DNA of 64,000 bases. It comes from Balanoglossus misakiensis. Lineage: Eukaryota; Animalia; Hemichordata. The position numbers and the translations under genes are program-made. Positions within the stretch are counted from its first letter, which is position 1. The number at the start of each line of letters is the position of its first letter. A model generated the notes under the pieces. It was not told the DNA's origin and searched no databases. It worked only from the letters and a program-made list of their open reading frames with translations. Positions 38,363 to 48,889 of this stretch are shown in pieces. The stretch covers positions 6,200,001 to 6,264,000 of the forward strand of contig CM082590.2 in NCBI GenBank assembly GCA_040954595.2, given 5' to 3'.

Positions 38363-38707
38363 AGGGACAAAGTCTCTCTCTCGCTGCCTCTTTTCCATTA
38401 TTATATTTGATACAAGACACCATTTATGTTATTCTACATGTGGATATATTGTAAATCGATGTTCAACCACACACAACTTCCATCCCATTTGTAGGCACAA
38501 GAGTGAAAAACTCGCCAAAATCATAATGAATAATCAGTGTTTTATACCATTTTTTCATTTGGGCTGGATTTTTAATCACATATGCTACAAACGGGATGGA
38601 AGTTGTGTGTGGTTGAACTTTGATTCACTGTATATCCACATGTACATTAGCGTAAACTGTGTCTTGTATCAAACAAAATTAATAAGAAAAGGGCAGTGAG
38701 AGAGAGA
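38363..38707. mobile_element. Palindromic MITE, family AGGGACAAAG, right tip missing
   Basis: TTAA|AGGGACAAAG start and symmetric body. Confidence 0.8.
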
Positions 38708-39064
38708 TGCTCGATTCTGCATCACGAAGAATGAGTTAACGTACCTGTAGGTTTCAAATAAAACTGTTCGAAAGACCAACCACACCGTCTCTGGGCCATT
38801 TCCTAACAAGAAACGCTGCAAATTTCAAACACTTTGTCCACAGAAGTGTTAACCATCAGCGGGCTAAAACTTGACGGTCTCACATTGTTTTATATAGGAA
38901 AAGTCATTACGTGAATGAAACTTTTATCACGTGACCCTATTTAGCGGGAAATGATCCTCCCTTGGGACAGTATATCACATGACTATCACATGTTTTATTT
39001 TGTAAACCGGGTTACATATATTTTTAGACGAACGAATTCACTTTTCAGTATATCGAGTGAGCCA

Positions 39065-40146
39065 TATATAGTGTGACCCACGCCTAACTGTTTATCTGTT
39101 CACAAATGCTCATATAAGCCTATAATCTAAGTTTCGCAATGTTGGCTAAACAGCCGTGAAAACTTGCCATAACACGGTCGGTCGATGTCTTGAAAAATTA
39201 TTCTGTATTTTGCATAAAGGCAAGGAAAAATGTTAGGGGATTTAACCTGACAGTTTATTTCTCTGTATTTGTACGAATCATCTAGTGTAGGCGTTTCCGG
39301 GTAAAGTTTATTATTACCGTAAAGGGCGCATTACACAAATGGGCGTCCAGCGTAGATTTTTGGAAAGCAAAACACGTTCCGGATCTTCCGTTGCACGAGC
39401 AAAGTGGAATTAAAAAACTTTTTCGGATCTTCAGTAGCTGTGGAAATGCAGCTGTTCCACCGGGGGGGGGATATACTAATTCCCCGCATCTCTCTCTCCC
39501 CCTCCCGGCGGAACAGCTGCGTTTCCACAGCTATGTCTTCCGTTGATAAGTCCAGATTGCTGGCTGTTGGGAAGCCCTACAAGTTCAACAGAACGATCAC
39601 AATGTTCCTGTCAAACTTGGCTCGCCTTTTGTCACGTGTTGCTGTGGTCACGTCTAATTTTATTTTAAATGCTTTCCCACCACATGTTGTCGAAATTTAT
39701 GACTGTAGGTAATATTGAAAATCACACCATCCCTGCGTTTCATGAGATATAATTTGTTTCCTGATGCGCGCCTGTCACTTGCCTACTCCAAAGATATTTG
39801 TCAAAACCCTGAAACAAACTTTCTGTTTGGCAGCCAAAAAGCCAATGCAAACTTGACATTCAGATGTGTATGAGTATACATGTACATACGGTCATAACTC
39901 TGGCTTCGCTGGAGCATTTGCTGCTTTCAGTTCATGCCGAGTGCTGAGTTCTGTGTTGGGTTGTGTCGTATGTTTGTGTGTACCGATGCATTAATTACTT
40001 AGATGACTTTGGTTGGGCTAAAGGTTCAGAGCCAGCAGATGCAGCTTTCAACACACTCAGTGCGTTGCATCCGTTATTTGAGCGTGCAAGAGTCCATGGA
40101 GACGGCTGAACGCTGTTCCCTTCACCCCTTGCATGATATTTCTGGA
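39065..40146 (+). repeat. Intronic direct repeat, copy 1 (copy 2 at 41417-42261)
   Basis: Colinear similarity; last ~340 bp near-identical, ending cccttgcatgatatttctgga. Confidence 0.85.
39435..39533. mobile_element. 99-bp hairpin insertion with ~30-bp TIRs
   Basis: TAGCTGTGGAAA...TTTCCACAGCTA; absent from the paralogous site at ~41808-41825; degenerate ~9-bp flanking duplication. Confidence 0.8.
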
Positions 40147-40712
40147 CCGCTTCTGCATCGCTTTTTGTCTTAAGTCGGCCATCGATTTGTCTATGGTATT
40201 TCCCCAGACCCTCTTTCTGGCTGAAGTCCACCATAATCATTAGAATGTCAAAAGTGGTTCCGCATATTTCTTACCTTTGATTCATAATTGGCGTTCTTTG
40301 ATTGGCTAATTCCAATGCTCTTTTAACGGGTAATGAAACTGCTGTCTAGGCTTTTATAATATTTAGATCATTGTCAATTTGAGGTATTGTACTGAGGGAA
40401 TCTTCAAATGAAAACAACACACGCGCGTATCATAAATCTCAAGTAAAAGAATACCTGTGATGTTAATGTACCCTCAAAGGACACTGCCCTATCACCACAT
40501 CATGCACTCATGTCCATTACATGGGGGACTGGGATGTATCCTACTATTAATTTATCCCCACCCCCCGAAAGTTTCGGCAAAACATGTAGTGCCATCTCAA
40601 AATGAATGTTTCAGAATGTGTGTTACAGTGCATGTTTAATGAAACATTGTGTGTTCCCTTAGACGGTTATAGTCAGAGATGCTCAGTGACACATTTTGTT
40701 GTATTCCCACAG

Positions 40713-40811
40713 CATGGTCAGGCACCGTTACACCATGCAGCAGACTATGGCCGTGTTGACGTGGTGAAACTTCTACTGCCATTAAATGCCAGCATCGATG
40801 TGCAGGATAAA
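40713..40811 (+). CDS. ROCO-B ankyrin exon 3 (HGQAPLHHAADYGRVDVVKLLLPLNASIDVQDK)
   Basis: cccacAG/GTaagt, 99 nt, phase 0/0, ankyrin consensus. Confidence 0.9.
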
Positions 40812-41416
40812 GTAAGTTAATGTAATCACACTAATTCTATTGAACATAGGTAAATAAAAATAAATAATTAACGTCTATCCCTCTACCTTATTCCCACCAA
40901 CCCAGACGTTACAACCTATTTTTACCAATGACAGCCTGTCTTGTTAATTATGGATTCTTTAAAAATTTCAATGTATTTTTTCTTTAAAAGCACAGTTTGT
41001 CATGAATTAAAAAGAGAAATAAATTATTATGAGCAAGAAATTTTGTTTGATTTTGTTGAATGGGAAATCAAGATCAGCAGATTTATATTATTGTAAATAT
41101 TAATATGTATCATAGTATAGGTCAAATAAATGAGAACCCCTCTCACTGATATAAGCATGAAAGAAATTCAGTACTGATCAATAAATATTTAGCCTGCCAT
41201 CTTGTATTAAAATATACTGGTTATAAAACTTAACATGTAAACGGAAGCACTCGCCGTGCCGCTAAAAGTCTGTTAATGAAAATGTACCCACAAATCCCTG
41301 AAGTTAGATTTTTAGAATTCATTTTTACAATGAATGAAACAGCCCACCATAGCGTAGACGTGGCATGACAGCAAATGAATGGCACCATTGATGACATGAG
41401 TATATCGCGTAATCCC

Positions 41417-42261
41417 TATATAGTGCGACCTACGCTACCAGTTCACGATTCAAACATTATGCTCAATCCAAATTTCGCAACGTAGGCTTAAATAGCCGTA
41501 GAAACTGGCCATAATGAGGTCGGCCGATAGCTTGATAAATAAATTATGTATTTTGCATTTAGGATGGGTAAAATTTCATGGTGATCAAATCTGGCAGTTT
41601 TTTCTCTGTGTTTGTAAGATGACATGAAATCATTTAGTGTAGGTGTTTCCGGGTACAGTTTGTTGTTACCGTAAAGGGCGTATTATGCAAATGGACGGAA
41701 GCTAGTGAAAAGCATAGATTTTTTAAACATTCCACATCTTCCGTTGCATGAGGAAAGTGGAATTAAACTAAGTGCAAATTTCTGAAAATCCAACTTTTTC
41801 GGAGATGGGTCTTCAGTTGATAAGTCTAGATTGCTGGCTGCTGGGAAGCCGTAAAATTCACCAGTATGATCGCAATGTTCCTGTCAGAACTTGGCTTGCC
41901 TTTTACCACGTGTTGTCAAAACCCTGAAATAAACTTTCTGTTTGGCAGCCATAAAGCCAATGCAAACTTAATATTCAGATGTGTATGAGTATACCGGTAC
42001 ATACGGTCATAACTCTGGCTTCGCTGGAGCATTTGCTGCTTTCAGTTCATGCCGAGTGCTGAGTTCTGTGTTGGGTTGTGTCGTATGTTTGTGTGTACCG
42101 ATGCATTAATTACTTAGATGACTTTGGTTGCGCTAAAGGTTCAGAACGAGCAGATGCAGATTTCAACACACTCGGTGCGTTGCATCCGTCATTTGAGCGT
42201 GCAAGAGTCCATCGAGACGGCTGAATGCTGTTCCCTTCACCCCTTGCATGATATTTCTGGA
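41417..42261 (+). repeat. Intronic direct repeat, copy 2
   Basis: See 39065-40146. Confidence 0.85.
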
Positions 42262-44352
42262 TATTTCAATTGACACGGACACAACGACTTTACATATCAA
42301 ACTCGACCATTTTGGGCGACTTGGAAGCTGAGGTACATCGGTGGGTTATTAGAAAAAAGTGCATCCCAAAAAAAATTCAGTCTCTGATAGAATGTCAGAT
42401 TTGCTGAGATCCGTCACACGTTTCACCCATCAAGACTTCTGCGCCCACATATCAGGTGCTGCATAATTCATACTGTTTGGGAATGACTAGGTTTTCAGTA
42501 ATGAAGTCCAAACTGATAATTCCTCTAACATGGTTTTACTCTGTTGTTGAAACATTCAACATATTTCAAACACAATGGAAGAGATTAAACATTACTTGGT
42601 CGTTATCCATGGAAATATATGTTCTATTCTTTGTATTGCATCCGCGATTTGAATTAGTGACATCTCTAATTGCTACATAAACTACAGTGCAACGCGTATG
42701 GGCAAGCACCAAGAAGACCACTGGTTCACCAAAGAATAACAGAGAAATTGTCTCAAACTCACTAGAACAAAAGAGAATAAAACATAGCAAAATTTTTGTG
42801 AGGCTTATGCGTCAACAGAGCGAGAGAAATTGGATTAACCGAATGTACACCCAAAAAACATTTTGAAGAATTCCCAGGTAAACAAACCCTCAAACACATC
42901 TCTCTCACGGCGGGAATTTAGATGTTCTTACAAAACTACACGTAATTGCACTATTTTTCTGATACGTCATAACGATGATAGCAGACAACACAGCACATGT
43001 TGAGCATTTGACAATGTTTAAAACGAAAGCGAACGTGAAACCCTGATATATAAAGTGGGATTCCTTCATAAACAGTCATCTGAACCATTACGAAACTGAG
43101 ATATTGTGTTTTAAACTTATTGGTTGTTCGTTGCCTATAGTCCCGAAGACGGACACAAATTAGCACCTATGGCATTGTCAATCTAAACATGACCCTACAT
43201 GTGCAATGCCCGTACAATACCCGTCACTCAGGTTTTAACTAAACTCTTTGAAATAATCACGGCGATTAAACTGTTGCCCTGAAACTTTGCCAAATACAGT
43301 TCGACCGCACTAGTTGTTCGTTGATCATAATACTAAAGATAGAAAACAAATAAGACTTGATGAAAACTGCATTACTTCACTTCCAAGTGACTGACGCTCT
43401 AAAAGTAAAATTGGCTGTTGCAGGGCGCCACTAGTGGTGAAGTAAGGTAGAATGGACGTCTGAGTATTATATGTAGTCGCTGAAGTAGATCCCCGGCGCG
43501 CTTTACACAGTGAAGTGTGAGGCTATCCGTTGCATTTGTTGTATTCTCTCGTATATTAACAGTCGTCGGCCATGTGTTTCCGAAGAGAGTTGAAACATAG
43601 TTTTGTTTGGTGATTTATTGTCATTTAGTGGAATCGGTGACTACCGCACACCCGATTTTGCCTGAAATTTGCTTAAAATATGGCGGTCCGGGGGATTTTT
43701 TAATTGTGGACACAACTGACTGTTCCTGTTTAAGTTTCGCCCAGTTTTTTGTGTCATTCCTGAATTTTTCGCGTACATCCGCGAAATTCCAACGTTTATC
43801 ACCCAGTTTTCGGTTGATATTATCGGGTACTTCAGGTGGATGGTTATCTGCCGTGAGAGTTCATAAGATTATTCTGGCTCCCCAACATGCTGGCTGACTT
43901 TGTGGAAATTATTCTTGTTTTGTTTTCATTCAATGGCGGTGAAGTTGTAGACAACATAGCTTTAGACATCCAAACCACGTGTACAGTTTTGACCAGTGGG
44001 GAATGATTCTTTTATTAAAGCTTTAACAAACATAAACCAGACTGTGACAAGAAGCAACATGGCATTACGTTGGTCGCTCTTGCGGCCATTTTACTTTCCA
44101 GTGCATTCATGCACAGACAATATTTTGCGAGCTTTGGCAAGCGCTAGACTAGTTTATAACGAACAGTGCTTATAATTCATAAGCACTGTTTTTTGTGTGC
44201 CTTCTATTCATACATCTTCTATTATAAAATCAAAAGCAATCTCTCGCATGCTTACAGACTTTAAGCTGTCCAGATAAATATTTCTGTAGGTCTGACAGAC
44301 AAACAAGAAAAAACAAGCGATAAACTCTGATGTATGGCTTCTTATATTTTAG

Positions 44353-44394
44353 CATGGCGAAACCCCTTTGGATGTAGCAGTAAGAAAGTTGAAG
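44353..44394 (+). CDS. ROCO-B partial ankyrin exon (HGETPLDVAVRKLK)
   Basis: tattttAG/GTatgt, 42 nt, phase 0/0. Confidence 0.8.
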
Positions 44395-44963
44395 GTATGT
44401 ATTTATCAAGTCCAGACATGGTGGTCGTGTTATATCCTTGATCAAAACACTTGGTCAAAGACAGAACATCACCGCAAATCCTTGTAATTGCTTGTAAACG
44501 CACATTTAGTAAATAATGCTTGGCAGGACAGACGTTCTAATGTCCGAGTCAAGCTTCTTCACAGCCCGGGAACTTGAATGGAATCAAAAAAGCTCAAAAA
44601 ACGTACTCTGGATAAAATGCTGCTCTCGGACTACTGCAGGTTAATTTCAACGCAGGATTAGTCATGTGATAATTAATGTACAACTGCGTTTTTTTTCTAT
44701 TTGGAGCTTTATTTTACTAATTCATATTTAAAAGTTGCTTAAATGTTTGCTTTTATCGATTCGGTTCAATTATTCTGGTTAAATGGTTGATTAAATGGTT
44801 GATTAATCTGAGAAAAAAATTCTACATCTTAATTTACATTTTCTTAATCCTAAGATGTAAATATTAATATGTTTCACAGATAGTAAGAAAAAGGAGAGGC
44901 CCAGACAGGTCCATACATTGATGATATATTTCATAAATTATGAATGTTTATTTTAACCCATAG

Positions 44964-45038
44964 ATTGGCTGCAGTGGGAGAAGGCTGTGTACCGTGTCAG
45001 CATTGCTGTTGTATTCCCATGTAACATTACCAACCAAG
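44964..45038 (+). CDS. ROCO-B 75-nt linker exon (IGCSGRRLCTVSALLLYSHVTLPTK)
   Basis: acccatAG/GTgaat, phase 0/0, open; counterpart of 1577-1651. Confidence 0.6.
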
Positions 45039-45676
45039 GTGAATTCCAATTGTACATATTCACACTCTTCATACATTATCATCACTTGAACAACAATTTC
45101 ACTACATCACCATAGAGAAAATGAAGTAATTTTCCAAAGAACTAGTATGTTGATCAGGACCTACTAAAACTATTATGTTGCATGTAAGATTGAAATTAGA
45201 TATTCATATGCAATGATTTTAGTGGAGAAATCTAGACCCCACAATGCGGGCAAAGTTGCGAGTCTCAGTGCACAATACCCTGGAATGGATTTTGCTGGAC
45301 ACCAACTCTCTCATCACCATTTCATGACAATAATTGATGGGCACTTCTTATTTAATTGCATCCCCCTGTAAATAACTAAAAGAATTGTTTCAAAATGCAT
45401 CAGTACATGTATAGCAATCAGTAGTTATCAATATCACCATGTATGAATTTGGTATATGCACCTCATGCATGCAAGGTGATTAGTCCAGCTATCCAGAAAG
45501 AGGAACTTCATCTTGTTTAGTCAAGAGAGTGATAGCTAGATTACAGTGTATAGAAGAATGGTACATCTAAGATGTGTCATACCTGATAAAGAATACATTC
45601 ATCATCTTCAAATTGTTGCATACTGTCCTTCATGTATTAATAACTGTTGAATTTATTGGATGTGTTCGTTTTTCAG

Positions 45677-48600
45677 AAACAATTACTCGAAGCTGAACAG
45701 ATCGGAGCAATCGTAGTTGAAAAATCTGATGAGCCGCGTGAAGTCCTCAACTTGTCAGATGACACTTTGGGTGAGAAGTTGAGAGCCGTTTACGACAGTG
45801 GCGAGAAAGTAAAGGCAATTGTAGTTGGTGACAGCAAAGCGTTATCAAGGTTAGATGTACTTATGAAGGGTAGAGAAATAAGTTCATTGGTGTTATGTAA
45901 TGTCGACATCAAGGAGGTGAGAAACATAAAGGTATCCGAAAGTCTCACTTTAATCAGTGTTAAGTCTTTTGATCCCGATAAAGTGGCTGGTTGGCTTTTG
46001 CCCTCAGCTAGGTATTTCACCTGCATTGATACTAAGATCCCTGTACCATGGTCTATCCAACATTCCGGGTCATTTGAAATACTGAATGTAAGTTACTGTA
46101 CCCTCCAAGTGAAAAAATCTCCTCAAGCAGACAGTAAAATGAAACAACACCAAATACACATCGCTTGTGGGAGTGTTAAACAGTTGTTCTTAAATAACAA
46201 TGGTTTGACTGATCTGCAGGAGGATATCGGTTCAATTCCTGGTTTATCAAGATTGGATGTGAGTAACAATTCAATTAAGAGAATACCACCATCGTTGAGC
46301 AAACTTGTTGATTGTGAATACATCAGCATAGAAGGAAATCCATCCATAAACATACCACGTGATATTTTAAGGGGTGGTAAGGAAGCTGTCTTGTCTTACC
46401 TGAAGGAATTTCTGAACACAAACACGTTGCCTAACAGGAATGTCAAGGTAGTTCTCGTTGGTCATGAACGTGTAGGAAAAACAACTCTAGTGCAAGCATT
46501 GAAGGGTGAATCATCAGACGTGCAGAAAACGGATGGCATAGAAATCTCGGATATAAATCTCAAAAAGAGAGATATAAAGTTGACCGTGTTTGATTTTGCT
46601 GGGGATGTAGATTTTCTGGAATCACATTCACTGTTTATTACAGATGACAGTGTCTTTTTGGTCACCTTTGACCTCAGCAAATTTGCCATTAGTTCAACAA
46701 CGAACAAGGTGTCATCTTCACACCAAATGGGGAGAGTGAAATTGTGGTTGCAGACCGTGTTTGCATATGCTCCAAATTCTCCAGTTCTTCTGGTAGGTAC
46801 CCATGCTGATGCGCCAATGTTAAACAGGTCTGTACTTGACTTGATTTGGCAGACGGTTCATGATACACTTGTTGAAATGAGAGACACACATCGCAAGTAC
46901 TACCGTCAAAATATGCGCAAAGATTGCTTAGTGTGTCAAAACCAAGATGTGCTGAAAAGAAAGAGTATGTTTAAGGGATTAGCAGGATATGTGAGTATTG
47001 ATGGTGATGAGGAATTGGTTGATGAAAGTCAAATGCCTCCTTCAGAAGGAAGAGCTCTGACTTCTTGTCCACACATTGTTGGATATGTTGAGGTTTGCAG
47101 CACAGAAAAATTCCCAAATCGGGTATTCTACAGGGGGAATAAGAGCATTGCACAGTTGCGAAAGGCACTAACAAAGGTTTGTGATAATCTTTTGGAATCA
47201 ACAAACCCAGAAATCCCAGAAAAGTGGAATCTCTTGCGAGAGAACTTAAAATCAGAACGACTGAAACGTCCAAACCCAGTTATGACCTACAAGGAATACC
47301 AGAAGATTGCTGGTAACATTGGAATTGAAGAGGGTGTGACATTAGATAATGCAACCAGTTTTCTGTGTAGTCAGGGTGACATAGTGGTTGATCCATCTAG
47401 ATCTACAACTGGAGACAAGGGTCTGCAAGTGCTGGTAGTACTCGATCCCCATTGGCTGGCTAATAAATTGAAGACACTGATATCTTATGCAAGGGAAGAT
47501 GGGTCTGGGGAATTCATTGATAACAATGGCATACTGTCAATGGAGAACATGGTAAAAGCCTGGGCAGACATCGAAAGTGAATATCGTGGCTCACTTTTAG
47601 ATGGTTTTACATCATTGCGTATCTGTTTTGCATTTGGTGATGAACAAACATCAGTTGAAGGAAAGAAGGGTTTTCTGTTTCCTTGTAAGTTACCTGTTGG
47701 TCAGCCATCAGAGAAAAATTGGTATCCATATCCCAAAAACAAGGACAGACAGGCTAGTCACCTTTATCGATTTGGCTTTCTACCTCCACTGTTTTTCTGT
47801 GATCTAATAGTAGCAGTCAATGAGAAGGCCATTTTTGCAAAGTCAAGTCATCCCACATACACACGAAATAATATTGTGTTTCTTTGCAATGAAAAGATGG
47901 AACCATGTGGCGAATGTGTCAAGTCAGGTGGTTTTGATGGCAGTGTTAATGCTGCGCACCTTGTGCGTTTTGAGTTGCTTTACCATAGCAACAGTATCCT
48001 TGTCAGTGCTAGGGGACCACAGGCTTGTTGCCTCCTGCAACAACTCCAAGGCATCATGAAGGATGTTCTCAACACCCCTCAGTACATGAATGTTGATATG
48101 AAGGTACCAGAGTCCCTATCATGCCCACACTGTATTGTTCTGCGTGAACCCTTCATTGGAGAAATGACACAGAGTGGAAGCAGTCTAATCTGCTCCATCC
48201 CCACATCAAAGAGTCACTTGTTTCACAGCAGATTAGACCTACTACAGTGGAATGGGGTAGAAAGACCAATTTCTACCCAAACTAGATTTGACATGTCCAA
48301 AGACATGCGCTGCCCAAGTCACTTTGTTATGCTGTCGGTTAACACAGGCAGCCTATCAGTTTTGGGTCAACTGACACAGTATGTGTTTTCCCACTTCTCT
48401 GATGGTTATGCAGTCCACTTGCTTTGTGAAAAGCCACAACAGTTGCATTTCGTTGATTCCCCGGGCTATCGAGTTAGAAATGTGAATGGGTTTCTCAAGA
48501 AGTATGGCCCACATATCTGTAGAATTCTGAAGTTCATTGAGAAAGCTGGTGGTTTGTTGAAGTTCATTCCAGATCCAACCGGTACTGCTGCTGCAGCAGC

Positions 48601-48889
48601 AAAAACAGTTCCAGCAATCGCTGGGAAAGCAGGTTACTTACTGTCAGAATTCTTGGATGATTTCGGTAGCAAGTATCCAGAATTGAAGGCCATACCCAAG
48701 GAGGCAAACCAAAAGTCCACGGAGGAGATAGATAAAATGAAATCGTCACCACACCGCAGAGATTTCCAACGCTTTCTCGGTAAAGCTGATGAAGATGGAC
48801 AGTTTGGGGGCCTACAGCCAATAGCATATGGCACGGGTGTCATTTGGGTTTGTGAAACTCACTTTCGTGAGCTGGCAAGTAAACAATAG
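45677..48889 (+). CDS. ROCO-B terminal exon: LRR - Roc - COR - Cys/His C-terminal domain
   Basis: gtttttcAG acceptor in frame with the 1080-aa ORF; same motifs as ROCO-A; uninterrupted. Confidence 0.92.
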   Translation, partial: KQLLEAEQIGAIVVEKSDEPREVLNLSDDTLGEKLRAVYDSGEKVKAIVVGDSKALSRLDVLMKGREISSLVLCNVDIKEVRNIKVSESLTLISVKSFDPDKVAGWLLPSARYFTCIDTKIPVPWSIQHSGSFEILNVSYCTLQVKKSPQADSKMKQHQIHIACGSVKQLFLNNNGLTDLQEDIGSIPGLSRLDVSNNSIKRIPPSLSKLVDCEYISIEGNPSINIPRDILRGGKEAVLSYLKEFLNTNTLPNRNVKVVLVGHERVGKTTLVQALKGESSDVQKTDGIEISDINLKKRDIKLTVFDFAGDVDFLESHSLFITDDSVFLVTFDLSKFAISSTTNKVSSSHQMGRVKLWLQTVFAYAPNSPVLLVGTHADAPMLNRSVLDLIWQTVHDTLVEMRDTHRKYYRQNMRKDCLVCQNQDVLKRKSMFKGLAGYVSIDGDEELVDESQMPPSEGRALTSCPHIVGYVEVCSTEKFPNRVFYRGNKSIAQLRKALTKVCDNLLESTNPEIPEKWNLLRENLKSERLKRPNPVMTYKEYQKIAGNIGIEEGVTLDNATSFLCSQGDIVVDPSRSTTGDKGLQVLVVLDPHWLANKLKTLISYAREDGSGEFIDNNGILSMENMVKAWADIESEYRGSLLDGFTSLRICFAFGDEQTSVEGKKGFLFPCKLPVGQPSEKNWYPYPKNKDRQASHLYRFGFLPPLFFCDLIVAVNEKAIFAKSSHPTYTRNNIVFLCNEKMEPCGECVKSGGFDGSVNAAHLVRFELLYHSNSILVSARGPQACCLLQQLQGIMKDVLNTPQYMNVDMKVPESLSCPHCIVLREPFIGEMTQSGSSLICSIPTSKSHLFHSRLDLLQWNGVERPISTQTRFDMSKDMRCPSHFVMLSVNTGSLSVLGQLTQYVFSHFSDGYAVHLLCEKPQQLHFVDSPGYRVRNVNGFLKKYGPHICRILKFIEKAGGLLKFIPDPTGTAAAAAKTVPAIAGKAGYLLSEFLDDFGSKYPELKAIPKEANQKSTEEIDKMKSSPHRRDFQRFLGKADEDGQFGGLQPIAYGTGVIWVCETHFRELASKQ

